The translations under genes were made by a program, and so were the position numbers. Positions 9,336-19,566 of a stretch of DNA of 64,000 bases are shown in pieces; position 1 is the first letter of the stretch; each line of letters opens with the position of its first letter. This DNA is from a virus. The stretch is taken from IMG/VR virus record IMGVR_UViG_3300027708_000019; one strand, given 5' to 3'. The notes under the pieces are model-generated. The model saw only the letters and a program-made list of their open reading frames with translations, did not search any database and was not told where the DNA came from.

Positions 9336-10453
9336 ATAAAAGAGTTATCCTTAATCAAAAATAGTTGTGGGTCCAGTTTGTCATGATAATTGTAGTTTTC
9401 ATCAATCGCAAACTTCATTGGTTTGGCATAACAGATACTGTTGAGATTATTACTGTCTACCTTATTTGTTATATAGTCGTTATCGTATAAATCCAAAATA
9501 TATTCTTTGGCTTGTGGCTTTCCTTCAAGTTTATTGTGATTGTTCATTGCCCATAATTGAAACACATCACTAGTAAAGAAGCCAATATAATTTTGTTCTG
9601 GAAATAATGTATCAGTATGTTCAGCAAAAGCAAGTAATCTTGTATAGGTTTTATCCCAACGCAAACACATATATAACCACCAGAAAAAATCTCTAAGATT
9701 TGTCAACTCAACAGGAGATTTAGCAGCAACCTGTTTCATGTAACCAATTAGTTTCTCTGTTTCTTCCTGTTCTCTAAACATATAATCGTCTTTTGTGTTT
9801 AGAAGAATCATTAAGTTATCATCTGTTACTGGCATTACCAAATCTCTCTCATCATACTGAGCAAGTTTTGTTGACCCAAAAATCTCATCGCCACCATGAC
9901 CAAATACGCATACATAATCTTCGCGACCAAGATAGTGTGAAAACAGAATCGATGGTAGTGACAAAAATTTACCAAGTATATTATCTTGATAAAACTTCTC
10001 TTGTAATGCAGTTTCTGATGTAGCGATGTAGATATCTCTACGTTGCGATATTGTTGTGTTCTTAATAAAGGCAGTTACCATTGCGGTACTGTCAATACCA
10101 CCACCATAAAACAGAATCAATTTTTGATTTGGCTTTAAATTTGATAGAATTAGTATTGCTCTGGCATCACAACATTCTTCAAATGTGTAAGAAACTTTAG
10201 TGTATTCAGGAAGTGGAGAAATTGATGTTGTGTTGAATGGTGTTATCAAAGTATTTGTTCTGTCATGAACAGCACCATTGCCACCAAAGTAGTAAGAAAA
10301 TTTATAGAAGTTTTCCATTCCTGGAAAATTTGGGAACATAGATTCACTGAAGAATTTATGTTTTGTTATGTGGCGATTGATACCATAGTTATAGTAACGT
10401 GTGTCATAGAAAACTTCAGCAGTGTTCAAAAAGATCAGTTTAGAAGTTTGCAT
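9332..10453 (-). CDS. asparagine-synthetase-like PP-loop ATPase (paralog 1)
   Basis: YGGGIDST PP-loop and GHGGDEIFG motif; no N-terminal Cys glutaminase domain. Confidence 0.6.
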   Translation of the reverse strand: MQTSKLIFLNTAEVFYDTRYYNYGINRHITKHKFFSESMFPNFPGMENFYKFSYYFGGNGAVHDRTNTLITPFNTTSISPLPEYTKVSYTFEECCDARAILILSNLKPNQKLILFYGGGIDSTAMVTAFIKNTTISQRRDIYIATSETALQEKFYQDNILGKFLSLPSILFSHYLGREDYVCVFGHGGDEIFGSTKLAQYDERDLVMPVTDDNLMILLNTKDDYMFREQEETEKLIGYMKQVAAKSPVELTNLRDFFWWLYMCLRWDKTYTRLLAFAEHTDTLFPEQNYIGFFTSDVFQLWAMNNHNKLEGKPQAKEYILDLYDNDYITNKVDSNNLNSICYAKPMKFAIDENYNYHDKLDPQLFLIKDNSFI

Positions 10454-10976
10454 AAAGGTAAGACTCTTTTATCAGTTTATTATATGTGTCGTTTACTTCA
10501 ATCAAAGAAGCGCACTCTTTAATTTGTTTTGTAAATCTGTATTTGAATCTTTCGATTTCTTCTTTTCTACTGTTAGTAAAAGAATTAGATTTCCAGTTCC
10601 CATTCTCTGCACCAATTTGATCAAATTCAGCATCAGTCATTTTATATAACATATCAAGGCAAGCTGCTTTCTCGCTGAGGATTACCAGTCTATACATCTC
10701 TTGATTGTTTCTGACATTTCTTCTTGTGATTACACCTGTGTTTAATTTAAACACAAAACCATGAGGTAGGTTTGGATTGCAATCTAATGGGAGTTTGTGA
10801 TTCGTGTTGATATTTGTCCACAATTTTGTATTGTGATCCATCATATTGGTAACAGTCTCTAAATGGTTTGAAAGGCAGATAAATCTGCCAGTATTTGCTT
10901 CAAGTACAGCGTGTATTTTAGAAGACTTGTTAATTATATTTGGAATTAAATTATAATTTTCTAGTTCATACTTCAT
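10440..10976 (-). CDS. hypothetical protein, partner of PP-loop enzyme 1
   Basis: Overlaps both neighbours; likely start MKYELEN. Confidence 0.6.
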   Translation of the reverse strand: MKYELENYNLIPNIINKSSKIHAVLEANTGRFICLSNHLETVTNMMDHNTKLWTNINTNHKLPLDCNPNLPHGFVFKLNTGVITRRNVRNNQEMYRLVILSEKAACLDMLYKMTDAEFDQIGAENGNWKSNSFTNSRKEEIERFKYRFTKQIKECASLIEVNDTYNKLIKESYLYANF

Positions 10977-11508
10977 TAGCAATCCAAGATGGTTGTTCAC
11001 GATTTTTCCAAGAGAACATTCTTTGTTTGTCCCCAAGGTAGTAATTCATATAAGATTTTATTGAATTACCAGCTACTTTGTATTTATCTGGCATCGCAGG
11101 AGTTGGTTCAGTAAACTCGCCTTTTGGAATTTTATAAGGAACACGACGAAGTGGAATTATCAATTTCTCACATGCGTGTACCTTGTTATATCGATAAGTG
11201 TATTCATCCATCAATTCACGCCACATCACATAGAGCCAATCATAATTTTTATCAGATTTCCTTACCCAAATAGCGGAAGGGTGATTGATATGGGTAGCAC
11301 TATACAAAATGCCATCACGATTGTCAGAAAGTTCATATCGTGTCTGTTTTCTTCCAGATTTAGATAGACCAACAATTTGTATACCATCAAGAACACGATG
11401 AGCAGTAGAAAGAAGTTGTGCATATTCTAGAATCATCTTTACGCAGTGTTTATCGACATGCATTTCTGCACAGGTTTGGGGATCATTATCAAGATAAAAA
11501 ATATTCAT
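10966..11508 (-). CDS. pyrimidine-dimer DNA glycosylase-like protein (DenV-related family)
   Basis: MNIFYLD, DKHCVKMILEYAQLLSTAH, THINHPS. Confidence 0.75.
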   Translation of the reverse strand: MNIFYLDNDPQTCAEMHVDKHCVKMILEYAQLLSTAHRVLDGIQIVGLSKSGRKQTRYELSDNRDGILYSATHINHPSAIWVRKSDKNYDWLYVMWRELMDEYTYRYNKVHACEKLIIPLRRVPYKIPKGEFTEPTPAMPDKYKVAGNSIKSYMNYYLGDKQRMFSWKNREQPSWIANEV

Positions 11509-12014
11509 TTCTTTATAATTTCTTCAAGAGCAGTTAATTGTAAAATGAGATTATCCAAACGCATCAGAGTTGTGTCAATATGTTTATCATTATGAAGAAT
11601 ACCATGACCACCTTCTTTATCAAATGGTGTAATGCAACCAATTGAGTCATCAATTAGAATTGAAGTTGATGTTGCGTATTCTGCTTTTTCCTCTTTGCTT
11701 CGAACGAAATTTGCTTTATATGGAATGTTATGTTTTTTCAACCAAACAAGTTTTTGACGCTTGGCTTCAACACCTTGAGAAATATCATGCGTTCCCATTG
11801 AAGTTAAAATCTCAACGCGAATTTTACCTGTTAGAGATGCGACATGCCTTAGCAATCTATTTGCGTTTGGCATAGGATCTAACTTCTCAAAGATCTGATG
11901 TTCCATAACTGAAGAACGAAACTTCTTTCGATCTTCTTTATGTGGGTCGTACTGCTTATACTCTTTGTCAAAGTCAGCAAGTACACCATCCATATCCAAA
12001 TATAACGTAATCAT
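11505..12014 (-). CDS. 5'(3')-deoxyribonucleotidase, HAD family
   Basis: YLDMDGVLADF, ILIDD motifs. Confidence 0.8.
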   Translation of the reverse strand: MITLYLDMDGVLADFDKEYKQYDPHKEDRKKFRSSVMEHQIFEKLDPMPNANRLLRHVASLTGKIRVEILTSMGTHDISQGVEAKRQKLVWLKKHNIPYKANFVRSKEEKAEYATSTSILIDDSIGCITPFDKEGGHGILHNDKHIDTTLMRLDNLILQLTALEEIIKK

Positions 12015-12391
12015 TTTTTTACAAATTTTCCAAAATCGGGTGGTTTCCAACCCTCTGGTTTTAAAATCTTACCATCTTCACGACGGATAACTTTGCCTGT
12101 TAACTTGTCAATTTTTGCGAGATTACTCCAAGCACCTTCATCCCATGCTCTTTCACAATCCCAACCACGTGCTTTCATATATCCAACAATTACCCATATC
12201 ATATCAAAGCAAGCATCAAGCTGTTCAGCATCATCACTTGCTGCTTCTGCTTCCCAAAACTCATCTTGTTCTTCTTTGATGAGTTTTAAATACAGATGCG
12301 CAAGATCAGAAACCTTGTCGTCTGGTGTACTTGGGTATTGTTGCCCACAAGCATGTAGGAAAACTGATACATCAGTAAATACTTTACTCAT
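12011..12391 (-). CDS. MazG-like nucleotide pyrophosphohydrolase
   Basis: LIKEE..E, EQLDACFD, SNLAK, REDGKILKP. Confidence 0.8.
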   Translation of the reverse strand: MSKVFTDVSVFLHACGQQYPSTPDDKVSDLAHLYLKLIKEEQDEFWEAEAASDDAEQLDACFDMIWVIVGYMKARGWDCERAWDEGAWSNLAKIDKLTGKVIRREDGKILKPEGWKPPDFGKFVKK

Positions 12392-12827
12392 GATTAGTAC
12401 TAATTGTTGGATTTAAACCAAGACCACAACCAGATGGTTCCCAGCAAACATTCTGCCCCATCTGTTCACGTGACATACCACACTTAGAACATTTCTCACC
12501 ACCATAGTTGGCAAATGGCCACATGTTATTGATTGGTTTGTTACGATCAGTTTCGTAATAATATTCAGAATGCCCATCGCCCTCTGTTTCTAAATCATAA
12601 TCAGAAAGAAAATCTTCACCAGCAGGTGTTAGACTAACAAAATCTTGTGACTCATCAACAAGCATGTAGCGTTCATTGATATCAAAAATAAAACCACATC
12701 CACGAAGGAAATCGTTGAAATGGTCAGCGATTTTATCATGCGTAATTTCGGTAAAAGTATGACGGACTTCTTGAATGTTTCCATCTTCATCTTCATACTC
12801 ACGAATAAAAATATAACGATCTGTCAT
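12384..12827 (-). CDS. hypothetical protein
   Basis: Coupled ORF; FLRGCGF motif; C-terminal CxxC. Confidence 0.65.
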   Translation of the reverse strand: MTDRYIFIREYEDEDGNIQEVRHTFTEITHDKIADHFNDFLRGCGFIFDINERYMLVDESQDFVSLTPAGEDFLSDYDLETEGDGHSEYYYETDRNKPINNMWPFANYGGEKCSKCGMSREQMGQNVCWEPSGCGLGLNPTISTNHE

Positions 12828-13015
12828 TTAATGTTCCTTTTTCTACATTCTTCCATAACTTTGACTGGCACATCAGGATGCCAACCACCCATTAACATTC
12901 TACAATCATAGGTAACTTGATCAACGACCTTACCTGAAAAATACAAAGCAGCGATTAATGCAGCTGTTGGTACAACCATAATCAATATGCCCAATACTTT
13001 ATGATTAAATATCAC
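12824..13015 (-). CDS. small membrane-anchored hypothetical protein
   Basis: TM followed by YDC..HPDVP..C; start uncertain (GTG 13015). Confidence 0.5.
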   Translation of the reverse strand: MIFNHKVLGILIMVVPTAALIAALYFSGKVVDQVTYDCRMLMGGWHPDVPVKVMEECRKRNIK

Positions 13016-13313
13016 GTGTCTCGCCTTCTTTTGTAAAGAAAACTTCCATCTTCTTCTCATCGCCCCAACTCTTACAATAATCATTGTCGATATCACAAAG
13101 AGCCAACGCTTCCGCTTCAGTAACAATTCGATGACTCATGATAGTTTCACCAACATGTTTCTGTGAGAATTCTTTTGCTGTTTCACAAGTAACATCATCA
13201 AGCGCATATTCAGGATTAGAAGCAGGTGCCTCAACCATATATCTCTCACGAAACATAGAAACTGTTTCAACCATTACCCAAACTTTATCACCAGTATTTG
13301 CTTTAGTCGCCAT
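13005..13313 (-). CDS. hypothetical protein
   Basis: AGGAG RBS before MATKANT. Confidence 0.65.
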   Translation of the reverse strand: MATKANTGDKVWVMVETVSMFRERYMVEAPASNPEYALDDVTCETAKEFSQKHVGETIMSHRIVTEAEALALCDIDNDYCKSWGDEKKMEVFFTKEGETRDI

Positions 13314-13842
13314 CTTTATTTCTCCTTGCTTGTACTTCTGCTTCATGTGTATCACACAAAGTGCGAATCCACCCACCACTACGTCTCTCACCAATTGAAC
13401 CACACTCTTCGCATGTAAGACCACTCATAGATTCAGCCAACGAAACTGCACCATTGACGTATTCATCGCCACCACTATAATAAAAACGTAGTGTTCCAAA
13501 CTTTTCTTTTATTTGGTCGATAGTAACCTGAGGAATCTCTGGTGGAATAATAACACCATTCTTCATAGTCTCTTCGGCTTGTTCAATTTCATAATCAGAT
13601 GGCTCACGAGCACCACCAGAATAAAATTTCAACAGCGCATCATAACCTTGTTCACGTGCATTGAATTTCTCAACATCACGCTGACGATTTTTGTTTTTCC
13701 AATCAATATGACTTTGGATGTTCTGACAAAGTGTATTCAAAATATTGAACCAACCAGCACCGCATGCGATACCACCATATTTCCCAACAAACATTTTAGG
13801 AAATACAGCTGGAAAATAATCTTGCATTTCTTCGCTAGTCAT
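13303..13842 (-). CDS. conserved phage hypothetical protein
   Basis: QIKEKFGTLRFY and CEECG..TLC motifs. Confidence 0.7.
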   Translation of the reverse strand: MTSEEMQDYFPAVFPKMFVGKYGGIACGAGWFNILNTLCQNIQSHIDWKNKNRQRDVEKFNAREQGYDALLKFYSGGAREPSDYEIEQAEETMKNGVIIPPEIPQVTIDQIKEKFGTLRFYYSGGDEYVNGAVSLAESMSGLTCEECGSIGERRSGGWIRTLCDTHEAEVQARRNKDGD

Positions 13843-14052
13843 TTAGTTCACCACTTTTTCAGTCCACTCAATCGCCATCATCTTTGACAAGAATTCATCG
13901 AACTCTTCTTTAGAAGCATGCTCTTTAAACTCTTGACCCATAATACCAAGGAAAACACCAAATACTTGCATTGGGTTTTTGTTTTCTTTATAAACCAGTT
14001 CATCGTAGAAAGAACGAATCCTTGGGTACAACTCTTCAAAATTATCTTCCAT
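13843..14052 (-). CDS. hypothetical protein
   Basis: GGAG RBS before MEDNFEE. Confidence 0.6.
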   Translation of the reverse strand: MEDNFEELYPRIRSFYDELVYKENKNPMQVFGVFLGIMGQEFKEHASKEEFDEFLSKMMAIEWTEKVVN

Positions 14053-14053
14053 T

Positions 14054-14485
14054 TTATCTCCAAGTTCTATGTGCTTCAGCAACGTGTTCATTACCATCAT
14101 ATTCTTCAATCACATAATCAACATCATCTGGAATTTCTACAACTGCCAATTCAGCGTGTTGACCCCATGCTTTATGTCCCAGTTCTTCAACTGATTGAAC
14201 CAAAGCTGGATCATGTCGTTCGATCTCTCGTTCATAAACAGTTTGTTCAGAACGCAACTTATTGTAAGCCTGACGATCTTCCATAGACATAGAGTAGAAT
14301 GCATCACCTTCTTTATCTTCAACACGATCTTCTGGCTTAACTAGCCAGTAAGTCCAAAACTTCCAGCTACCAATACCCGTGTCTTGTTCTGGATACACAG
14401 TGATACCTTTGATCTCAAAGTATCGCATAACTGCCTCATGGCTCAAACCAAAACCACCGAAACAACGATTGATTACTACTTTCAT
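14054..14485 (-). CDS. conserved phage hypothetical protein
   Basis: VINRCFGGFGLS, RHDPALVQ.VEELG, EYDG.E. Confidence 0.7.
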   Translation of the reverse strand: MKVVINRCFGGFGLSHEAVMRYFEIKGITVYPEQDTGIGSWKFWTYWLVKPEDRVEDKEGDAFYSMSMEDRQAYNKLRSEQTVYEREIERHDPALVQSVEELGHKAWGQHAELAVVEIPDDVDYVIEEYDGNEHVAEAHRTWR

Positions 14486-14691
14486 ATATTTTCCTCATCA
14501 ATACCAAGGGACTTACCAATTACTTTTGCTTTTATCATATCTGGGATAGAATGATATGGTGGTTCCAAAATGAATGGACAACAATCAACACCCCAAGAAT
14601 AATTTTTAAAAAAATTTCTTACAACATCAATATCCTTCTTTGAATCTTTATCAAAGAATCGTTTAGGTTTTACAATCTTTTCAAGAATCAT
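14482..14691 (-). CDS. hypothetical protein
   Basis: Directly downstream of sigma70 promoter. Confidence 0.6.
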   Translation of the reverse strand: MILEKIVKPKRFFDKDSKKDIDVVRNFFKNYSWGVDCCPFILEPPYHSIPDMIKAKVIGKSLGIDEENI

Positions 14692-14697
14692 AGTATA

Positions 14698-14726
14698 ATT
14701 ATACCCTTTTTTTTATTATTAGTCAA
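14698..14726 (-). promoter_or_regulatory. sigma70-type promoter
   Basis: TTGACT-N17-TATAAT. Confidence 0.8.
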
Positions 14727-15162
14727 GCACTTTCATTACTTCTATGTTACATTTTTTAAGAAATTCTATTCCCAATTCATCGCGATACGAATTTCGATAA
14801 TACACATTTCGAATTCCTGCTCCGTAAATTAGTTTAGAACAATGAATGCATGGAGCATGAGTACAAAACATAGTAGAGTTAACACCAGCTTCACCATCTC
14901 GGGCAAGTTTACTGATCGCATTTGCTTCCGCATGAATTACCTCTTCTTTCGTCTTACTAATGACGCCACTATCTTCGTTAGTTTCGACCAAATCAATGTA
15001 CTCACATTCGTTGTCCCAACCTGCTGGTGTGCCGTTGTAGCCAATCGATATGACACGATTGTCTTTGACCACGATTGCTCCGACTTTAAGTCGCTTGGCG
15101 TAGCTGAGTTTGGCGAACCTCTCAGCCATGTCCAAATACGCATCAATCCACTTTTTCTGCAC
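14719..15162 (-). CDS. cd: dCMP deaminase
   Basis: GYNG, HAEANA, PCxxC. Confidence 0.9.
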   Translation of the reverse strand: MQKKWIDAYLDMAERFAKLSYAKRLKVGAIVVKDNRVISIGYNGTPAGWDNECEYIDLVETNEDSGVISKTKEEVIHAEANAISKLARDGEAGVNSTMFCTHAPCIHCSKLIYGAGIRNVYYRNSYRDELGIEFLKKCNIEVMKVLD

Positions 15163-15640
15163 TCTTCGCTACCTTTTTCGTTGTCGCTTTTTTTGCTGGT
15201 TCTGCTACCACCACACCTTCTGGCAAAACATCAGGGAAGTTTGCCTTAACAAATTCTGCTGTAATTTTTGGGTAAAGACTATCGATAACTTGATCTTTAA
15301 CTGCGATTAGAATTTTCGCTTCTGATGGATGAATCGATTCAAGCAGTTGAACAAATAGTTGCTCGCGACGAAGACGTTTCTTAACATCACTAAACTTAGT
15401 GAAAATGTAGAAACGACGTGCTTCATTCATCAGATGAACAGGTACCATACCCAATGGTTGTGCGGATGGTTTAAATGGTGGCGCACCCTCTGGTAAATCG
15501 AAATGATACTCAACATCAAATGCACATTTCAATATAGTTTTAAAAGGAAAATTGTCTTTGTAATCAACAGCTTTTTTTGGATCCTTGTTAATTGCCTCAA
15601 AAATTTCTGGCAAGTAAGTTGGTTTGATATTTGTGCTCAT
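15143..15640 (-). CDS. conserved T4-like hypothetical protein
   Basis: LPEGAPPF, RREQLFVQLLESIHPSEA; follows rnh. Confidence 0.7.
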   Translation of the reverse strand: MSTNIKPTYLPEIFEAINKDPKKAVDYKDNFPFKTILKCAFDVEYHFDLPEGAPPFKPSAQPLGMVPVHLMNEARRFYIFTKFSDVKKRLRREQLFVQLLESIHPSEAKILIAVKDQVIDSLYPKITAEFVKANFPDVLPEGVVVAEPAKKATTKKVAKSAEKVD

Positions 15641-16533
15641 TAGAACTCCTCAATTTCTTCTAGTAGTAAACGGCAACGATGGTCCATAAGATATTTCATG
15701 GCTGTCATTTTGTCACCCTTTGGTGGATTATTTAGATAACATCCAATAATTGCATTTTGGATATTCTCTGGGATAAAATTAAAATCAACAAGCGTAGCAT
15801 TGCGATGCCAGTTACGACGCTCTTCATCATTTTTACAAGCATTGAATCCATTCTCAATAAACTCTTGAAGACGTTTTGCGCTCACAGGTTTTTGTCGTTC
15901 GCCTGTCATAAACACATCATCTTTACTGAGAATATTTGGAATACCATCATCACCTGCCTTAACAATGTGAGTAATAGTCTTTTCATGTAATTCTTTGTGT
16001 GTAGCTTTAATAAACTTTTTAGTATTCGGCGACCACTGTGTCACATTATCATATTTCTGAAGTTGTATAAAGTCATGGTCAGATGAAAGAATTAGCATCT
16101 TCTGTGGTTCAGTAACCAAACCTTCTTCAACAAGTTGGTTTTCTTGAGACCATTTACATAATACTGCAACAATATCATCTGCTTCTGCTTCATCAATATG
16201 CATAACACGATATGGGAAATACTCAGCAACATCCTGACGCATTGCATTCAATGTATCAAAGATAAGTGTCCAAGGTAAATCGCTTTTGTCACGTGCTTTC
16301 TTTCTACCAGCTTTATAATACTGGAAGAAATCTCTGCGCCAGTACTTACGTCCGTCACAACAAAGAACAATCTCACCATATTCTTTACCGTATTTCTTTT
16401 TAAAAGATTTGATTGAAGACAGTGTTACGTGTCGAATCAAATTGATAACCTTGTCCTGATCTCCACTCTTCAAGTCTTGTTGAAAAGTTAAAATAGAAGC
16501 AAGGGCAACTTGCGAGTAGTCAATTAAAATCAT
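15640..16533 (-). CDS. rnh: T4-type RNase H (5'-3' flap exonuclease)
   Basis: MILIDYSQ, YWRR..YKAGR, EADD, SSDHDFIQL, DGIPN. Confidence 0.9.
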   Translation of the reverse strand: MILIDYSQVALASILTFQQDLKSGDQDKVINLIRHVTLSSIKSFKKKYGKEYGEIVLCCDGRKYWRRDFFQYYKAGRKKARDKSDLPWTLIFDTLNAMRQDVAEYFPYRVMHIDEAEADDIVAVLCKWSQENQLVEEGLVTEPQKMLILSSDHDFIQLQKYDNVTQWSPNTKKFIKATHKELHEKTITHIVKAGDDGIPNILSKDDVFMTGERQKPVSAKRLQEFIENGFNACKNDEERRNWHRNATLVDFNFIPENIQNAIIGCYLNNPPKGDKMTAMKYLMDHRCRLLLEEIEEF

Positions 16534-16534
16534 A

Positions 16535-17638
16535 TCAATATACTTTCACGAGGATACATTCCTCATTAATTCTGCCATTCGGAGATGCTTCAGTTCCTTT
16601 GATTAGTTTATACGCAGCATTCATAGGACGCTTCGACATCGTCATCATAGGTTTCAACTGTTCCGCAGGTTTGCGTAGGGTTTTAGAACCAGATGTTTTC
16701 GTATCATAATTTAGAATAGACGTACCTTTGACAGTCAACATTCCACCTTCGATCGCACGATATACTTGGAGTTTACGATACTTCGTATTATATACCCAAA
16801 GTTCATTAGAACCAACGATAGTCGGTGCGGAGATGGATTTGATTCCAAGTTCAGTATCTTCTTTCTTAAATTTCAAATTCTTGACAATCTCACCAGCAGG
16901 TTTTGCTTTACGAGCACGTGGTTTACGAACAGCAACTTTCTTGGCTTGTTCACAGTTACCGATGATCGTTTCAATCAAACTGATAAATCGCTTCAACTGT
17001 GGCTTGGTAAAGTTTGAGTAACCTTCAACAAGTTGCTCATCATTACCTTCAAGCACTTCTTGTAGTTCAGCCAGCAATGGACGATAGAAATCCGCAAGCA
17101 GTTTAGCAACTGGTGTTGAGATACCATTCATAGAAATCTTAAAGTTGGCAGGACAACCAGACATAACGAATTCGTCAATCTGACCATCAATCTCGCCACC
17201 GATCTCTCGGCTCTTCTCTATGATACGATCCTGAATAGAAACAACAACAGCTGTCTTTGCTTGAACAACTTGTTTTACTGGTAGGGGTTTTTGTAGAATT
17301 TCTTGAACACGTGTAGTGATGTATTCTTCTTCTTTCTGCGATAGAAAAGAACCACGTGACTTCATGCGAAGTAGAACACCAAGAGAATGAAATTCCCAAT
17401 CTGATATTTCTTCGAAATGATCAACGATAGCAGTCTCTTTCAATTTCTTGAAGTAAGAGATTGCCCATGCTTTACGTTGTTTGCTGTCTGCTTCGTTAGC
17501 ATACCAGTTCAACGATTTACTAAGTTGAACCGAATATGCTTCGGAAGTTTCTGCACTGATAATTGGCTCATCGGTTTTGCCACTGGCACGATTGATGAGT
17601 TGTTGACGTTTGGTAGCTTGCGCTTCATTCATAGACAT
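16535..17638 (-). CDS. conserved T4-like hypothetical protein
   Basis: 367-aa ORF with AAGGAG RBS and own promoter; LWVYNTKYRKL, KTLRKP. Confidence 0.75.
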   Translation of the reverse strand: MSMNEAQATKRQQLINRASGKTDEPIISAETSEAYSVQLSKSLNWYANEADSKQRKAWAISYFKKLKETAIVDHFEEISDWEFHSLGVLLRMKSRGSFLSQKEEEYITTRVQEILQKPLPVKQVVQAKTAVVVSIQDRIIEKSREIGGEIDGQIDEFVMSGCPANFKISMNGISTPVAKLLADFYRPLLAELQEVLEGNDEQLVEGYSNFTKPQLKRFISLIETIIGNCEQAKKVAVRKPRARKAKPAGEIVKNLKFKKEDTELGIKSISAPTIVGSNELWVYNTKYRKLQVYRAIEGGMLTVKGTSILNYDTKTSGSKTLRKPAEQLKPMMTMSKRPMNAAYKLIKGTEASPNGRINEECILVKVY

Positions 17639-17660
17639 ATTTGTCTCCTTTCAAGTATAT

Positions 17661-17689
17661 ATTATACCTGAAAATTGATTATTTGTCAA
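17661..17689 (-). promoter_or_regulatory. sigma70-type promoter
   Basis: TTGACA-N17-TATAAT. Confidence 0.85.
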
Positions 17690-17692
17690 GCA

Positions 17693-17884
17693 TTATTTTG
17701 AAGAAAAAGACAACCCTTTACCACCGACTACAGCACCCAAAATCAAGGCAGCACACCAAGTATCGAACGAAATTGGGATCGCCAGAACTGGGAACAGGGC
17801 ATTGAGAGACCAGATCGTTGCGATTGGTCCAAGGATAATAACAGCGAGTGCGAACAGTAGAATCAAGACGAGTTTCATTTTCAT
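17693..17884 (-). CDS. small membrane protein
   Basis: Two hydrophobic segments. Confidence 0.6.
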   Translation of the reverse strand: MKMKLVLILLFALAVIILGPIATIWSLNALFPVLAIPISFDTWCAALILGAVVGGKGLSFSSK

Positions 17885-17885
17885 T

Positions 17886-18119
17886 TTATTTACCTTTGAT
17901 AATTGCCAATTTTTCACATGTAGAACGTGACTTGTCATTGTTTGATGTAATCTGTGTTGCACATGCTGCTGCCACTGGATCAATACCACGCTCAATTGCT
18001 TTTGTTACAATCTCTTTTGTATTGTTACTATCAATCACATTGTAGTATGTCATACAACCAGAAACTGTAATAATCACAGCACTAATCGCTGTTATAAAAA
18101 TGCTTTCAAATTCAGACAT
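17886..18119 (-). CDS. membrane-anchored hypothetical protein
   Basis: AAGGAG RBS before MSEFESIF; N-terminal TM. Confidence 0.6.
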   Translation of the reverse strand: MSEFESIFITAISAVIITVSGCMTYYNVIDSNNTKEIVTKAIERGIDPVAAACATQITSNNDKSRSTCEKLAIIKGK

Positions 18120-18573
18120 TTTTTTCTCCTTCAATTTTTTTGGCTTCTTCGACCAGCGTAACGCTGAGAGAATCTGCGTCAATAATGTTGTCATCATCTC
18201 CAAAAACAACTGGCTCAGGTGTTGGAGGATACTCAGAATCTTCTGACAATGAACATTCAAATTCTTTAATAGAATCGAATCGGAAAGAACGCCAATCTTG
18301 TTTGTCCAAATCAAATACAGATATCGTCGCATCTGACGTACCTTTACCAGTACCTTTAGGATGTTTCTCTTGTGGGATATGTTCTTCATCTAGAGTGCAC
18401 CTCATTACCCTTTCTTCGCCATTAATTTTAAAAAATGTAACCTGTACTTCAGCTATATGAAGCAAACCTTTGAACCATTTTTTAAAGTTCGGATGATTCA
18501 ATTCTTCCTTTGCTCTTTGCATTTCTTCTTTAGACAATACTTCTGTCGCTTGTACATCAATAATTTCACTCAT
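18112..18573 (-). CDS. SH3-like beta-barrel (WYL_2-type) protein
   Basis: VTFFKINGEERVMRCTL..VFDLDKQDWRSFR. Confidence 0.7.
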   Translation of the reverse strand: MSEIIDVQATEVLSKEEMQRAKEELNHPNFKKWFKGLLHIAEVQVTFFKINGEERVMRCTLDEEHIPQEKHPKGTGKGTSDATISVFDLDKQDWRSFRFDSIKEFECSLSEDSEYPPTPEPVVFGDDDNIIDADSLSVTLVEEAKKIEGEKNV

Positions 18574-18901
18574 TAACTTTCTCCTTAAATAATAATTCGG
18601 AACCTTCTGCTACTAGTGCTTTCTTACCAGGAAATCTTTTACTGAAGATAGAATTTATCTCAATTAAATCTTTGCCTTGACAAACAAATTCACTTGTGTG
18701 TTTGTCATACAAAAAGAACATTTCATTCTGTTTCTCTACAGTAACAACCATAATATGTTCTTTATAGAGTCTCTGCGCTTCAGCAAGGGACTCAGCAATT
18801 TCTTCACGTATTAGTTTCCTTGCCTGATGTTTTGCGTATAAATGAATAAACCAAAAAACATTAGCAATCAAAAATAATAGAGTGAGAATTGTTTCCATCA
18901 A
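18566..18901 (-). CDS. membrane-anchored hypothetical protein
   Basis: N-terminal TM; coupled ORF. Confidence 0.6.
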   Translation of the reverse strand: MMETILTLLFLIANVFWFIHLYAKHQARKLIREEIAESLAEAQRLYKEHIMVVTVEKQNEMFFLYDKHTSEFVCQGKDLIEINSIFSKRFPGKKALVAEGSELLFKEKVNE

Positions 18902-19566
18902 AACAGATCTCCTGTTGTGTCCTCTTCTTCATCAGGATAGTGTTTAACTTCCCATTTGAGAACTGCTAAATCTTGTTGCACCTCAGTGTCAATCCAACCT
19001 TCATTTCCACTGCAGTACCAATCAAGATAATCACCAGTACACAGAATATCAGCAACAAGACCGCCAGTTGATCTCCAGCTGTAGCTGATTACTTGACCAT
19101 CTTTGTGTAGTTGATTGTTGCACAATGTAGAATAGAAACGCTTGCAATAATCTTTGCTAGTGCGCATCTTAAGTTTGATTGTTGTGCTATCTTGAATATC
19201 TCTAAACAAATTGATACGATTGTTATCTACATGGTCAGTGTCATCCTCAACAAAAGATTGTTGTTTTTCTTTCGCCTCAGCCATTTCTTGATAGAATTTT
19301 TCCATCCACTTTTCGCGATTACGAATTCCCAACTTAGATTTGATGACATCAAAGAAACTTAGAAATTGTTCAAACTGCTCTTCTTCAAAAAACATTTCAG
19401 TTTTATTGAATTTCAGTTTACCTTCTTTGTCATGGCTTCCCAAAATAACATGTGTCAAACCATGACCAATCTCAAATACATTTACGTAAGTGATTGTATC
19501 GCCATGATCGATTTCAAGGTGTTCGTGTAGGGTGTTATCAAGTTCAGATTGGAATTGATTTAGCAC
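18898..19566 (-). CDS. hypothetical protein
   Basis: GTG start with AAGGAG RBS; SWRSTGG..GDYLDWYCSG. Confidence 0.7.
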   Translation of the reverse strand: MLNQFQSELDNTLHEHLEIDHGDTITYVNVFEIGHGLTHVILGSHDKEGKLKFNKTEMFFEEEQFEQFLSFFDVIKSKLGIRNREKWMEKFYQEMAEAKEKQQSFVEDDTDHVDNNRINLFRDIQDSTTIKLKMRTSKDYCKRFYSTLCNNQLHKDGQVISYSWRSTGGLVADILCTGDYLDWYCSGNEGWIDTEVQQDLAVLKWEVKHYPDEEEDTTGDLF

